A stretch of DNA of 64,000 nt, from sequence record HQ630627.1. One strand, written 5' to 3'. Positions 47,363 to 56,185 of this stretch are shown here, one piece after another. The translations under genes were made by a program, and so were the position numbers. The notes below the pieces were generated by a model. The model saw only the letters and a list, made by a program, of their open reading frames with translations, was not told where the DNA came from and ran no database searches. The DNA comes from Pseudomonas phage PhiPA3. Every line of letters starts with the position of its first letter. The stretch's first letter is position 1.

Positions 47363-47848
47363 GTGCTTCATTTCATCACCCCAATGATTCAAGCGTGTCG
47401 AGCTGTATTTGACAAAGAAGCTCTGAAGAAGAGTATCACGAACAAATTGACGAAAGAAGACGTCAAGCAATTGGCGCTCCAACGTCTGTCTCGTGAAGAG
47501 ACTGCACAGCTGGCTGCGAAAGCACACGGTCACGCTAGTTTCGAACAACTGATCGAGCAGTGGAACACCAGTTTATTGGGGCGCCCTGAAGCACTTGAAC
47601 ATCAAGCTCGTAGTGTGATCCTGCGTAATTGTCCTGATGCTCGTGCTTCGGACTCCTTTGAGCAATTTACTCTCCGGGCATTGGTTAGCGATACACTACT
47701 CGCTGAGCAAACAATGAAGAACATGCTCAAGAAGAAATCCTATGTACTGACAGCAGTCAAATATCGTCTGCCAGGCATTACCAAATCCGAAGCAAACCTG
47801 ATGGTTGAACTCCTGGTTCAACTGTCCAAAACTTACAGGGGCAATTAA
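47363..47848 (+). CDS. hypothetical protein (161 aa, GTG start)
   Basis: ORF track. Confidence 0.45.
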   Translation: MLHFITPMIQACRAVFDKEALKKSITNKLTKEDVKQLALQRLSREETAQLAAKAHGHASFEQLIEQWNTSLLGRPEALEHQARSVILRNCPDARASDSFEQFTLRALVSDTLLAEQTMKNMLKKKSYVLTAVKYRLPGITKSEANLMVELLVQLSKTYRGN

Positions 47849-48417
47849 TGAAAGGCATGAATTGGGCACTGAGTCTTGAGGACCAAGAAGGTCAGGCTCA
47901 AGAAGTAGACGTGAATAACGTCGAATCGGAAACCGAGGTAAAGGATCTCGATCAGGGCAATCTGGATGTAGACAACGCCAACAAGGAATCTCAGCCTGAT
48001 ACGGTCCATGCGGATACTGAGGGCGATGTCTCCAACGAAGAGGCTACCTACGCTGCTGCAACGGGTGCATCTACTATCGAAGCTTTCGCTCCCGATAAAT
48101 ACGGTTGTCCCAAGCGTTTCGTCCTGTCAGGCTTTGATGCTTCCAGCAACCCGGCAGCTGATATCAATGACAACAAGCTCCAGTGCGTACTGCTGATGCA
48201 AAACGGTACGCTACCGGAAGTAGGTAAGAATGGTATCACTGCTGAAGATCTTCTGCGTGTTGTTGAAGAGCTTTTCGTGGGCTATCAATCAGGTCCGTTT
48301 GCGTGTGAAGAGAACGAGTCTGTTCTGTTCCATGTTCGTGCCGCTCAAGCGAAGATTCAGGCTCGTCTGTATCGTCGTCGTGAGGAAGGTACTGAAGGGA
48401 CCTACCAGGGTCACTAA
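47848..48417 (+). CDS. hypothetical protein with acidic N-terminus (189 aa)
   Basis: ORF track. Hairpin 48428-48445 follows. Confidence 0.5.
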   Translation: MKGMNWALSLEDQEGQAQEVDVNNVESETEVKDLDQGNLDVDNANKESQPDTVHADTEGDVSNEEATYAAATGASTIEAFAPDKYGCPKRFVLSGFDASSNPAADINDNKLQCVLLMQNGTLPEVGKNGITAEDLLRVVEELFVGYQSGPFACEENESVLFHVRAAQAKIQARLYRRREEGTEGTYQGH

Positions 48418-48420
48418 CGA

Positions 48421-48453
48421 CATAAATGCCCAGCTCAGGCTGGGCTTTATGCC
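48421..48453 (+). terminator. module CATAAAT-[GCCCAGC-TCAG-GCTGGGC]-TTTATGCC
   Basis: After the 189-aa gene. Precedes an early promoter element. Confidence 0.55.
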
Positions 48454-48462
48454 ATTGTAAAA

Positions 48463-48470
48463 AGTTTCAA
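48463..48470 (+). promoter_or_regulatory. phiKZ-type early promoter-like element TATATTAC
   Basis: Exact 'CTATATTACA' centred in the palindrome GTTTCAAATCT...AGATTTGAATTGAAAC. Precedes the zinc-ribbon gene and the triplicated family. Confidence 0.4.
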
Positions 48471-48512
48471 ATCTATATTACAGATTTGAATTGAAACCAT
48501 TGAGGCTTTACC

Positions 48513-49046
48513 ATGGCACTGTCTGATTGCTATCAATGTTGGGAAACACCCTGTAAATGTGGTCATGACTACATGGATTGGACAGAGAAAGATCTGAAGG
48601 GGCAAATCGCAATGCTTCAAGGTGTTCTCCATTCCAAGCAAACCAAAGAAGCCAGCAAACTAGCTGGTGAGGAAATGGTGCGCTACGAGATCCGTGATCT
48701 CATTCCTGTCCGGGTGAAGTACTATCACGGCACCTCTGTAAAGGTACAGGCTCTGGATGCACCGACATACTCGATGTTTAAACACCGTCGTCTACAGGAA
48801 ACCTCTGGGCATTTCCAGTTCGATCCAGCTGATGGTAAATGCATATCTGGTTCCGGGGATAAACCCTGGGCTTTCTCGGTGTCGATCAAGATCGGCGAAG
48901 GACCTGACGATTGGACGTATTCGCTGAGTGCATTCAACACCAACGAATTCGCCGCGCCGCATTACGACGCTAATATTCGGGTAGAATTCATCATTCGGGA
49001 TCGTGTCGTGTACTTACCCAAATGTACCTTGCTGGAGCCGGAATGA
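48513..49046 (+). CDS. hypothetical early protein with N-terminal Cys-rich zinc-ribbon-like motif (177 aa)
   Basis: 'CYQCWETPCKCGH'. First gene after early-promoter-like TATATTAC at 48463. Confidence 0.5.
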   Translation: MALSDCYQCWETPCKCGHDYMDWTEKDLKGQIAMLQGVLHSKQTKEASKLAGEEMVRYEIRDLIPVRVKYYHGTSVKVQALDAPTYSMFKHRRLQETSGHFQFDPADGKCISGSGDKPWAFSVSIKIGEGPDDWTYSLSAFNTNEFAAPHYDANIRVEFIIRDRVVYLPKCTLLEPE

Positions 49047-49405
49047 ATTCACAATTGATCATCTACATCGTGAATGGGGCATATACCCGAGAGCAGATTG
49101 AAGCGCACAGCAAAGTCCCTTTCGTGGAAAACCTATCCGAAGCGGCTGATCAACCAGTGGTGTTCACTCCATATACCCGAAGTAAGGTAATTAGGTACAG
49201 ACAAGAGAATAGAATCAATCTGTTTCTCACCCCGGACTTTGATAAGTCGATTTCGATGCTGCACGAGAACCATGGGCGTTACTTCCAGATAAGTCTCTTG
49301 GGTATCAAGGACTATAACGACAATTGCAATATGGTTCCACTGGGAATCGAACATCTGAATATGTTTGATGAAACATACGAACGGAAGATGAAGGAAAAAC
49401 GATGA
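49043..49405 (+). CDS. member 1 of a tandem triplicated paralogous gene family
   Basis: ATGA overlap start with SD GGAG. 'LIIYIVNGAYTREQIEAHSKVPFVENLSEAADQPVVFTPYTRSKV' is paralogous to the next two genes. Confidence 0.5.
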   Translation: MNSQLIIYIVNGAYTREQIEAHSKVPFVENLSEAADQPVVFTPYTRSKVIRYRQENRINLFLTPDFDKSISMLHENHGRYFQISLLGIKDYNDNCNMVPLGIEHLNMFDETYERKMKEKR

Positions 49406-49737
49406 CACTCAAAGCGATTGTCTACATCCACAACAATGCTTTCACTCCGGAGCAGATTGCTGAGTTCAGCAAAGTTCCGTACATGGAAGTCATTGACCTG
49501 AACACCACCCACCCCATGGTGTTCACTCCGTACAGCTCCGACCTGATCATCCAATACAAGAACACGATCCCGTACCAGATGATTGTTTCGGTGGACCCAA
49601 CCCCCGAGCAAGAAAAAGAGCTGCGGCAGCATACCCTGAAAGATGGGATTTACAGCCTGAGCTACGTCACGGGTGAGATCAATCAGGACCAGTTCCTGAT
49701 GTGGGACGCTGAATACGACAACATGGCGGCGGTGTAA
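49402..49737 (+). CDS. member 2 of the tandem paralog family (111 aa)
   Basis: 'LKAIVYIHNNAFTPEQIAEFSKVPYMEVIDLNTTHPMVFTPYSSDLI'. Confidence 0.5.
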   Translation: MTLKAIVYIHNNAFTPEQIAEFSKVPYMEVIDLNTTHPMVFTPYSSDLIIQYKNTIPYQMIVSVDPTPEQEKELRQHTLKDGIYSLSYVTGEINQDQFLMWDAEYDNMAAV

Positions 49738-49739
49738 GT

Positions 49740-50096
49740 ATGAAACTCAAGGCAGTGCTGTATGTGGTCAATGACGCATTGACCAAAGAAGAGATCGTTG
49801 AGCACACGAAGATCCCATTCGTTGAGAACGTAGATCTGGAAACGGAACATCCGATCGTAGCTACGCCGTATAATGCGGAGAAAGTCAAATCTCACCAAAG
49901 CGTCGTACAGTATCAGTGCTTCATTGCCCACGAGTATGAAACCACTGAGAAACTGCTGAACGAGGAGCTGGGTGAACGTCCGCGTAATACCACTTATATC
50001 ACCTATCATGGGTCGGATGTACCTGGTAAACGTCTTAGCCCAGGTCACCTGGATGCCTGGAACTTTGAGTACGATCGTCTTCTGAATGAGAGTTGA
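49740..50096 (+). CDS. member 3 of the tandem paralog family (118 aa)
   Basis: 'LKAVLYVVNDALTKEEIVEHTKIPFVENVDLETEHPIVATPYNAEKV'. Confidence 0.5.
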   Translation: MKLKAVLYVVNDALTKEEIVEHTKIPFVENVDLETEHPIVATPYNAEKVKSHQSVVQYQCFIAHEYETTEKLLNEELGERPRNTTYITYHGSDVPGKRLSPGHLDAWNFEYDRLLNES

Positions 50097-50119
50097 ACTA
50101 ACTCAACTCAGAGGCTACC

Positions 50120-50368
50120 ATGAAGGAATTCATTGTTCTCAACGAAGAAAAGATCCAATTCGAAATCAAGCGATTCCCTATTGAGAAGGCAGTAGAGGAA
50201 TCGGCCTGGCAGAACTTCGTTCACGATCTCAATAACGAGGTCGTGGAATACGAAGACTGGGAGGTGGAACAAGAGATCTACTTCGAAGAGGCAAGAGAAA
50301 TACTCACCAAGTTCGGGCAGAACTATATCCCAGAACCCGGTGAGTGCATCATCGCTGTACAACCATAA
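50120..50368 (+). CDS. hypothetical acidic protein (82 aa)
   Basis: ORF track. Confidence 0.4.
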   Translation: MKEFIVLNEEKIQFEIKRFPIEKAVEESAWQNFVHDLNNEVVEYEDWEVEQEIYFEEAREILTKFGQNYIPEPGECIIAVQP

Positions 50369-50398
50369 CACATCGATATAACACAAGGAATTACTCAC

Positions 50399-50809
50399 AT
50401 GTCCAAAGATCTGAAGAGCGTTGCTTTCGCGGAAGAACACCTGAAAGGCGTAGTCACCCTGGACGACGCCAATCGCCTGACCGGCCTCGATGACCTGTAC
50501 GAGAAGCACGTACTCGAACCCCTGGGTCTGACCCTGGAGATCGAGAACAAGCGTGAGAAGGCGGCCGCTGAGCTCTTCGCTGGCGTTACTTATCACGCCG
50601 GTGAACTCTTTGCCGGCGCCATGAAACAGGACCCGAACATCAGCGAACTGGCGTTCAGCTACCCCATGGGCAAACACGCCACCGCATCTGGCGTGTTCAA
50701 CCGTGAAGGCAGCCATGTCGTGCTGGCAATGACCAGCAAATGGGAAACCGCCGAAATGAAACGTGTGGTGGCCCACGTCAACACTCTGTTCGACGAAATC
50801 AGCAACTAA
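50399..50809 (+). CDS. hypothetical protein (136 aa), GC-rich gene with host-like codon bias
   Basis: ORF. Strong GC3 bias; the long antisense shadow ORF 50108..50776 is a symptom of this. Hairpin 50817-50836 follows. Confidence 0.5.
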   Translation: MSKDLKSVAFAEEHLKGVVTLDDANRLTGLDDLYEKHVLEPLGLTLEIENKREKAAAELFAGVTYHAGELFAGAMKQDPNISELAFSYPMGKHATASGVFNREGSHVVLAMTSKWETAEMKRVVAHVNTLFDEISN

Positions 50810-50816
50810 TGGTTGT

Positions 50817-50847
50817 GGGGTACCTTCGGGTACCCCATTACTCTTTT
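50817..50847 (+). terminator. hairpin (GGGGTACC-TTCG-GGTACCCC) plus ATTACTCTTTT
   Basis: After the GC-rich 136-aa gene. Before tmk. Confidence 0.45.
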
Positions 50848-50867
50848 AATTTTTTGAAGGAAATACA

Positions 50868-51956
50868 ATGTTCAATCCGGCAGTTCAAAAGTTTGTTGTT
50901 CTGGAAGGTGATGAATTCTCTGGTAAGAGTTCGGTTCGCAAAGCGCTGGTCGAGCGACTGGAAGCTCTCAATGTCCCGCATCAAGTTTTCCGTGAACCGG
51001 GCGGTACTCCGTTCGGTGAAGAGATCCGTGAGATCCTGCTGCGCAAAGGCGATGAACAGATCAACCAAGTCTCCGACATTCTACTGCACCAAGCCTACCG
51101 TGCCCAGAATGTCCGTGAGATTATCAAGCCGGCTCTGGAAGCGGGTAAGCTGGTCCTGTCTGAACGCTTCATTATTTCCACTTACTGTCTGAACGTCGTA
51201 CCGTATCTGGAAACCAATCCAGAACTGCAAGACCTGTTCATGGGTACCCTGCCGTTCGTAACTCAAGGTATTCCAGAACCGATTACTTTCATGCTGCGTC
51301 TACCCGAAGAAGAGCGGATGAAGCGTGCTGACGGGCGCAAGCTCGATCGTTATGAAGATATGCCTGCCGATCACGTAGCTAAAGTTTCTAAGGCCTACCG
51401 TGAGCTGCAATTGCCAAGCATGGTTGAAGTTGATGCTACACAATCGATCGAAAAGATCGTTGACTTCATTCTGGACGTGCTGACCCAATTCGACGATCGA
51501 GAAACTCAACGGCTGGCGGACGAAGCGCAGCGTAAAGCACTAATGGCTGAGGCCGAAGTGCCGACCCCAGAAGAACCAGTTGCAAAAGGTTCCAGTGAAG
51601 CTGAAGAATCTCAGCCGTTTGATCTGGAAACCGCGCTGGAAGCCTACGCCCAGACCAATATCGTTCCTGAACTGTTCCCGCGTCTTACCCAAGAAGGCGA
51701 CGCTGAATATCAAGCCAATGCTATGAAGTACTGGCGCGAACTCGCTAAGAAAATCGTAGCCAAGATCTTCAAGCAAACCGGGGAGGACCAGTCGATCTTC
51801 CAACCTCACCGAGTCGGTCAACTGAACAGCGAGATCCATTCTCTGTTCCATTACCATGCACGCTTCGAGTACATGATGGATGAACTCCGAAAAGACGGAG
51901 CGTTCGGTGAGGACTCCACTGAGACTGGAGTCACGATTGAAGACCCTGCTGTCTGA
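50868..51956 (+). CDS. tmk: thymidylate (dTMP) kinase with roughly 150-aa acidic C-terminal extension
   Basis: 'KFVVLEGDEFSGKSS' P-loop, 'FREPGGTPFGEEIREIL', 'LLHQAYRAQNVREIIKPALEAGKLVLSERF'. All collinear with E. coli Tmk. SD GAAGGAAA. Confidence 0.8.
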   Translation: MFNPAVQKFVVLEGDEFSGKSSVRKALVERLEALNVPHQVFREPGGTPFGEEIREILLRKGDEQINQVSDILLHQAYRAQNVREIIKPALEAGKLVLSERFIISTYCLNVVPYLETNPELQDLFMGTLPFVTQGIPEPITFMLRLPEEERMKRADGRKLDRYEDMPADHVAKVSKAYRELQLPSMVEVDATQSIEKIVDFILDVLTQFDDRETQRLADEAQRKALMAEAEVPTPEEPVAKGSSEAEESQPFDLETALEAYAQTNIVPELFPRLTQEGDAEYQANAMKYWRELAKKIVAKIFKQTGEDQSIFQPHRVGQLNSEIHSLFHYHARFEYMMDELRKDGAFGEDSTETGVTIEDPAV

Positions 51957-51978
51957 ACCATACACAGCAGTACTTGCT

Positions 51979-52236
51979 ATGGATCGGCAAGATAACTATA
52001 AGCCAACGCCAATGACCACTAAACATGTTCGGCGGGACAATCTATGGCGCTTTATTAATGAAGAGTTCAAAGCCTTCGCTAATGGAGTGCCAGTTCGCGT
52101 CATCTTACAAGATGTAACCAAGCACAACGCCGTTGTGGCTAACTACTACCACCGCAGGGATTCGTACACAGTGAAGATTAGCTCTTTCCTGCAAAACTAC
52201 CTGCACGTCGATAAAAACATAGGAATCGTTAGCTAA
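51979..52236 (+). CDS. hypothetical protein (about 85 aa)
   Basis: First ATG after the tmk stop. The track's longer ORF begins inside tmk. Confidence 0.35.
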   Translation: MDRQDNYKPTPMTTKHVRRDNLWRFINEEFKAFANGVPVRVILQDVTKHNAVVANYYHRRDSYTVKISSFLQNYLHVDKNIGIVS

Positions 52237-52481
52237 TGAGTGACAAACTCTCTCTGAAGAAAAACGCCTCTGAATATACTCCGGCGACTGAACTAGGTGA
52301 TCTCACTCAGTACGTGGAGCGTACATTCGTTTGTAACCGTAACGGCCAAGTCACCGCAGTCAAATTGGCTGAAGTGAAGAACCGTAACGTGCGGCTCGAA
52401 TATCCGGGCGGTCGTGCTGACTCGTTCAGCCTTCCTCAGGAAAAGTTCCGTAAGCTCTATCAACTGGCACCCGCCGCTTGA
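52236..52481 (+). CDS. hypothetical protein (81 aa)
   Basis: ORF track. Hairpin 52488-52505 follows. Confidence 0.4.
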   Translation: MSDKLSLKKNASEYTPATELGDLTQYVERTFVCNRNGQVTAVKLAEVKNRNVRLEYPGGRADSFSLPQEKFRKLYQLAPAA

Positions 52482-52487
52482 ATTTCA

Positions 52488-52515
52488 GGGAGCCTTCGGG
52501 CTCCCTTTCTATTTT
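52488..52515 (+). terminator. hairpin (GGGAGCC-TTCG-GGCTCCC) plus TTTCTATTTT
   Basis: Before the secreted-protein gene. Confidence 0.45.
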
Positions 52516-52523
52516 GCTAAGGA

Positions 52524-53231
52524 GTGATGATGCGTTACATTCTACTTTGTTTGCTGGTACTGGCTGGCTCAGTATGGGGTAATCCGGTAAAAGACCCAGT
52601 GGTCTACAAACATGTACCGTATTGGTACACTGTCCAAACTCCAAAGGAAATCTCCTGTGTCTATACACCTGGAGCGAATATGGGGATGTGCGGTGTTCCC
52701 AATTATCCGGATGAAGTAACGGTATCTGTTACCCGTCGCTCTGATTACACCGAGGAACGCGCCTACAGGGTCGCAACGTATATCCAGTACGTCTGCATTG
52801 ACGGTGTGTGTTCCGATGCGTATGGAGCAATTGGAGGCGTTCTAGAGGGTGAAGTAGGCATCACGTACTGGGAGCTTCCTCGTGGTTACTATGTGACTAC
52901 CGAGCAAGGACAATACAAAGCTTACAAGCATGGGAACGGACCGCTGGCACAGCGATTTCCGATCCGGGATGTACTGCTCAACGGTGAATCCATCGATGGT
53001 TTTTACGTGTCGGTTGAACAAACACAAAATCTTTACAATGTACACTGCAATGTTCAAACACAACGCTGTGAATATCTGGGGCGTGAGCTGACGCTGTTGG
53101 AACTCGCTCAATTGGTACCCTTTGTGAAAACCGATATGTGCGATGCGTATCTGTGCTATATCAACAGCAACAAAGCCATGGTGGCTGGGATAAACCCTGA
53201 CCGTAAGGATATCTACGTAGGGCTACGATAA
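52524..53231 (+). CDS. secreted/periplasmic cysteine-rich protein (235 aa)
   Basis: Sec signal peptide 'MMMRYILLCLLVLAGSVWG|NP'. 8 Cys in the mature part. Not a lipoprotein. Confidence 0.55.
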   Translation: MMMRYILLCLLVLAGSVWGNPVKDPVVYKHVPYWYTVQTPKEISCVYTPGANMGMCGVPNYPDEVTVSVTRRSDYTEERAYRVATYIQYVCIDGVCSDAYGAIGGVLEGEVGITYWELPRGYYVTTEQGQYKAYKHGNGPLAQRFPIRDVLLNGESIDGFYVSVEQTQNLYNVHCNVQTQRCEYLGRELTLLELAQLVPFVKTDMCDAYLCYINSNKAMVAGINPDRKDIYVGLR

Positions 53232-53566
53232 TGGGTGAATTCTTTATTGACGACCGGCGTCAAATCGAGATGTACCTACTCAGTGAAATACAGGCTAAGG
53301 TCCGTGCATCTCATCTACGGGTAAAATGGTTAGCCGATTACAACGTGTTTGTCGAAACCGTCAGTGAAAGAATTGCTGTAGCCATTCTCATCACCAAAGA
53401 TAGTAAAATCTTGGTACTGACGTACGACATTCAACGTGATCCCACGATATGGAAGACATGGGATGACCATATCAACCCCGATACCGCCATTCACAAACAA
53501 CAATTCAATCGAAACGAGATTGATCCTGCTGCAACTGTGGTTATCTTGGAATTGATGTCCGTGTGA
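53231..53566 (+). CDS. hypothetical protein (111 aa)
   Basis: ORF track. ATGA overlap start. Confidence 0.45.
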   Translation: MGEFFIDDRRQIEMYLLSEIQAKVRASHLRVKWLADYNVFVETVSERIAVAILITKDSKILVLTYDIQRDPTIWKTWDDHINPDTAIHKQQFNRNEIDPAATVVILELMSV

Positions 53567-53567
53567 A

Positions 53568-53615
53568 CATAATAGCCCTCTCCCGAAGGAGAGGGCGTTA
53601 TGCCATTATTTTTTT
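53568..53615 (+). terminator. module ACATAAT-[GCCCTCTCC-CGAA-GGAGAGGGC]-GTTATGCC plus T-run
   Basis: Same stem sequence as 5135 and 25931 (repeat family). Confidence 0.55.
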
Positions 53616-53652
53616 ACTTGTTTCGTCACCTTATGTACCCAAGGAGAATTTA

Positions 53653-54012
53653 ATGATCAACTGGATCCGACGACACTATAAACGTAGACGCTGTAGTCGT
53701 GGTGAATTAATAGCTATTAATGAGTTGATACTCAAGGCAGCTCGACGACAGAATTATGACCTAGCTCACCTGATCTCTTACCTTGGTGATGGTAATGACC
53801 CAGTTGTACTAGACCAGATCAGAAATGAATTCTATAGTTTGTACCATCATTACAGATCGGTGTTTGATCCAGCTGACTTCGGTAAAAACTATCGAACCAA
53901 GTTAGGTCAGAACCTTATGGAAGCTGATCTAAAGATCGGTCAGTTTAAAGAACTGTGCGACAAGCATGGCATTGATTATTCCCACATTGTAGCAAACGAT
54001 ATTCCGTTCTAA
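53653..54012 (+). CDS. hypothetical basic protein (about 119 aa)
   Basis: ATG 53653 with 'AAGGAGAA' RBS. The track's longer ORF would overlap terminator 53575-53596. Confidence 0.4.
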   Translation: MINWIRRHYKRRRCSRGELIAINELILKAARRQNYDLAHLISYLGDGNDPVVLDQIRNEFYSLYHHYRSVFDPADFGKNYRTKLGQNLMEADLKIGQFKELCDKHGIDYSHIVANDIPF

Positions 54013-54021
54013 GGACACCCC

Positions 54022-54384
54022 ATGGATTTCCAAACTCTGTTTGAATTGTTCTTCCTTTTACTCGTTGGTCACGCTGTCTGTGATTACGCTTTACAAAACG
54101 ATTTCATGGCTATGGCCAAGAATCACACTACCGAATTGGGTAAGATATACTGGAAGTTCGTTTTGCCATCACATGGATTAATCCATGGGGGTTGGGTGTA
54201 TTTTGCTACAGGTTCAATTGCTTTTGGTGTACTGGAAACCATCATCCATTGCATCACCGATTACTTGAAGTGTGGTAATAAAATCAGCTTCAATACAGAT
54301 CAATGGATTCACATTGCTTGTAAAGTTCTTTGGGTTATCTTGGTTGGATTCCAGTTCGACTTCCTCGATTTGCTTCTTTTCTGA
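54022..54384 (+). CDS. hypothetical multi-pass membrane protein (120 aa)
   Basis: Hydrophobic segments 'LFELFFLLLVGHAV', 'WVYFATGSIAFGVL', 'VLWVILVGFQF'. Confidence 0.5.
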   Translation: MDFQTLFELFFLLLVGHAVCDYALQNDFMAMAKNHTTELGKIYWKFVLPSHGLIHGGWVYFATGSIAFGVLETIIHCITDYLKCGNKISFNTDQWIHIACKVLWVILVGFQFDFLDLLLF

Positions 54385-54389
54385 CTACG

Positions 54390-54415
54390 GCCTCCCCTCG
54401 GGGAGGCTCTATGCC
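54390..54415 (+). terminator. hairpin (GCCTCCC-CTCG-GGGAGGC) plus TCTATGCC
   Basis: After the membrane-protein gene. Confidence 0.5.
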
Positions 54416-54423
54416 GCTATTCT

Positions 54424-54945
54424 ATGAATCAACGGCACTTTGGGGGACACATGCCTCTTACCTGTACCAAAGTCCCAGAGATAGACCAATTTGTAACCGA
54501 AGGGAAGCATATCGGCTATTTCGGAAAAGAGGACAATATAACCGACCTGCCGTCTGTGATTGGCGATTGGAATATCCGAGCGATCTATGATCGGGTGAAC
54601 CCCACAACAGGATACATCGTTGCGGTTCCTTCGAATACACGTACCCGCGTTATTTATAATACTGGGCGTGCAAATTGGCTGCAATCACTCGGCTACACTA
54701 GTAAACAGGCTGACTTGTATATCAGGGCGAGCACTATCGTGAATGGTCGTTGGGACCATCGCGTTGCTGAATTTGTACTGAAACATTTCCACATGGACGA
54801 TTACGTCATTGAGGAAGTAATACAGAGCGATCGCCCTAAGAAAGTTTGCCAAGAAAACAACATTAATACCAAACTCTCAGCGCGTAAGATTTTGACAGCC
54901 TGTCAGATACTTTACAACATGCGCTTTACTCTGGTAGGGGCCTAG
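54424..54945 (+). CDS. hypothetical protein (173 aa)
   Basis: ORF track. Hairpin 54937-54950 follows. Confidence 0.5.
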   Translation: MNQRHFGGHMPLTCTKVPEIDQFVTEGKHIGYFGKEDNITDLPSVIGDWNIRAIYDRVNPTTGYIVAVPSNTRTRVIYNTGRANWLQSLGYTSKQADLYIRASTIVNGRWDHRVAEFVLKHFHMDDYVIEEVIQSDRPKKVCQENNINTKLSARKILTACQILYNMRFTLVGA

Positions 54946-54960
54946 GCCCCTATTTATTTC
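54937..54960 (+). terminator. short hairpin (GGGGCC-TA-GGCCCC) plus TATTTATTTC
   Basis: After the 173-aa gene. Confidence 0.4.
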
Positions 54961-55004
54961 GTCGTACGCTATTCTATGACTTTAAATCGTAAAGGTTTGA
55001 CCCT

Positions 55005-55439
55005 ATGAATTTTTTCGTTGATGCCGAATTCGACGTACCCACTGATAAACTAATCTCTTTAGCGATCGTCTCTGAAGACGGTAACCGTGAGTTCTATGAA
55101 GTTATAGACTATACTGGGATTCAGGATGAATGGGTAATGAAAAACGTTATTCCCATTCTTCAGAAGGAACCTGTATCGTTTGAAGAATTCCAAAACAGAT
55201 TGGCAAAGTTTGTGCAGCAATTTGCTGGCATGCACATTATCGTAAACCACCCGAATGATGTACTCTATTTCAACAGAGCTCTGTTGCAGGAGAAAGGTAA
55301 GTGGATTATGATTCAGCCATTGACTTTTGAGATCGACGACGACCTCAGCGGGAAAGGTTCCAAACTTTTACACAACGCGTTACATGATAGTCGAGCGACG
55401 CGAATCGACTGGCTAAAGAAGAACGGATTTCAGCCTTGA
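55005..55439 (+). CDS. DnaQ-like DEDDh 3'-5' exonuclease (144 aa)
   Basis: Exo I 'FVDAEFD', Exo II-like 'IIVNHPNDVLYF', Exo III 'LHNALHDSRAT'. 'TCTATGAC' motif upstream at 54973. Confidence 0.65.
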   Translation: MNFFVDAEFDVPTDKLISLAIVSEDGNREFYEVIDYTGIQDEWVMKNVIPILQKEPVSFEEFQNRLAKFVQQFAGMHIIVNHPNDVLYFNRALLQEKGKWIMIQPLTFEIDDDLSGKGSKLLHNALHDSRATRIDWLKKNGFQP

Positions 55440-55513
55440 AGCCTCTCGAATAGATAACGTCTAGACCGAATATATCTGGAACATTAAATGTTACCGTCTG
55501 TGGACTATTAAAA

Positions 55514-56185
55514 ATGTCTGTTTATGAGCAAATGACCAACCAACCAGATCGCAAGTGCAGATCTGAAACACTACTGCGCTTACTGATCTCCACAAGTTAC
55601 CCCCATGCAACATTAGCCGATCTCACCTTTGCTTTCTCCAATCATAGCGGTCAGAAAGATCTTGATGAACTAGAGAAGATTGCTATACAGATGAAGGACG
55701 TTGAGCGATCCTTCGATATGTTTGACTTCATTCGATGCATCGAGCTTAAACGCCAGGGTGAGCAAATTCAAATCCAGGTTAAACGTCTGGACTTTGATCC
55801 GACTATGCGTACGCTGGAAGACAGTTCCGATACACATGAAGCAATGGCAACCAGTTCAGTTCATCTGACCGATGAACGAGTGAATCTTGCCGATGTCGAT
55901 GTACTAGCTACCCGCTTGCTTGAAATTTTCTATCGTTCTCAAGTTAAAGTGAAGAAGAAAGGGAACGAGATTGCAACTACGGTTTGGAAGAGTCGAACCA
56001 AGCATATTGATCGCCGTAATCCGAAAGCAGAGACAAAAGTTGTAGAAGCTGAATTGGATTTCCAAGCAGCTATTGAAATGATCTCCACGTCTCTTCGCAA
56101 GCGCCGCTTCCACATCCTGTTGACACAGAATACAATTCTACTACTGGATCAGAAGAGCCGCATTTGGGGTGTGTCCAAAGCGTGA
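55514..56185 (+). CDS. hypothetical protein (223 aa)
   Basis: ORF track. Confidence 0.5.
   Translation: MSVYEQMTNQPDRKCRSETLLRLLISTSYPHATLADLTFAFSNHSGQKDLDELEKIAIQMKDVERSFDMFDFIRCIELKRQGEQIQIQVKRLDFDPTMRTLEDSSDTHEAMATSSVHLTDERVNLADVDVLATRLLEIFYRSQVKVKKKGNEIATTVWKSRTKHIDRRNPKAETKVVEAELDFQAAIEMISTSLRKRRFHILLTQNTILLLDQKSRIWGVSKA

Noticed and set aside
50108-50776. 222-aa minus-strand ORF spanning two plus-strand genes
   Set aside because: It is an artefact of the GC-rich island. It crosses a gene boundary and an intergenic region.
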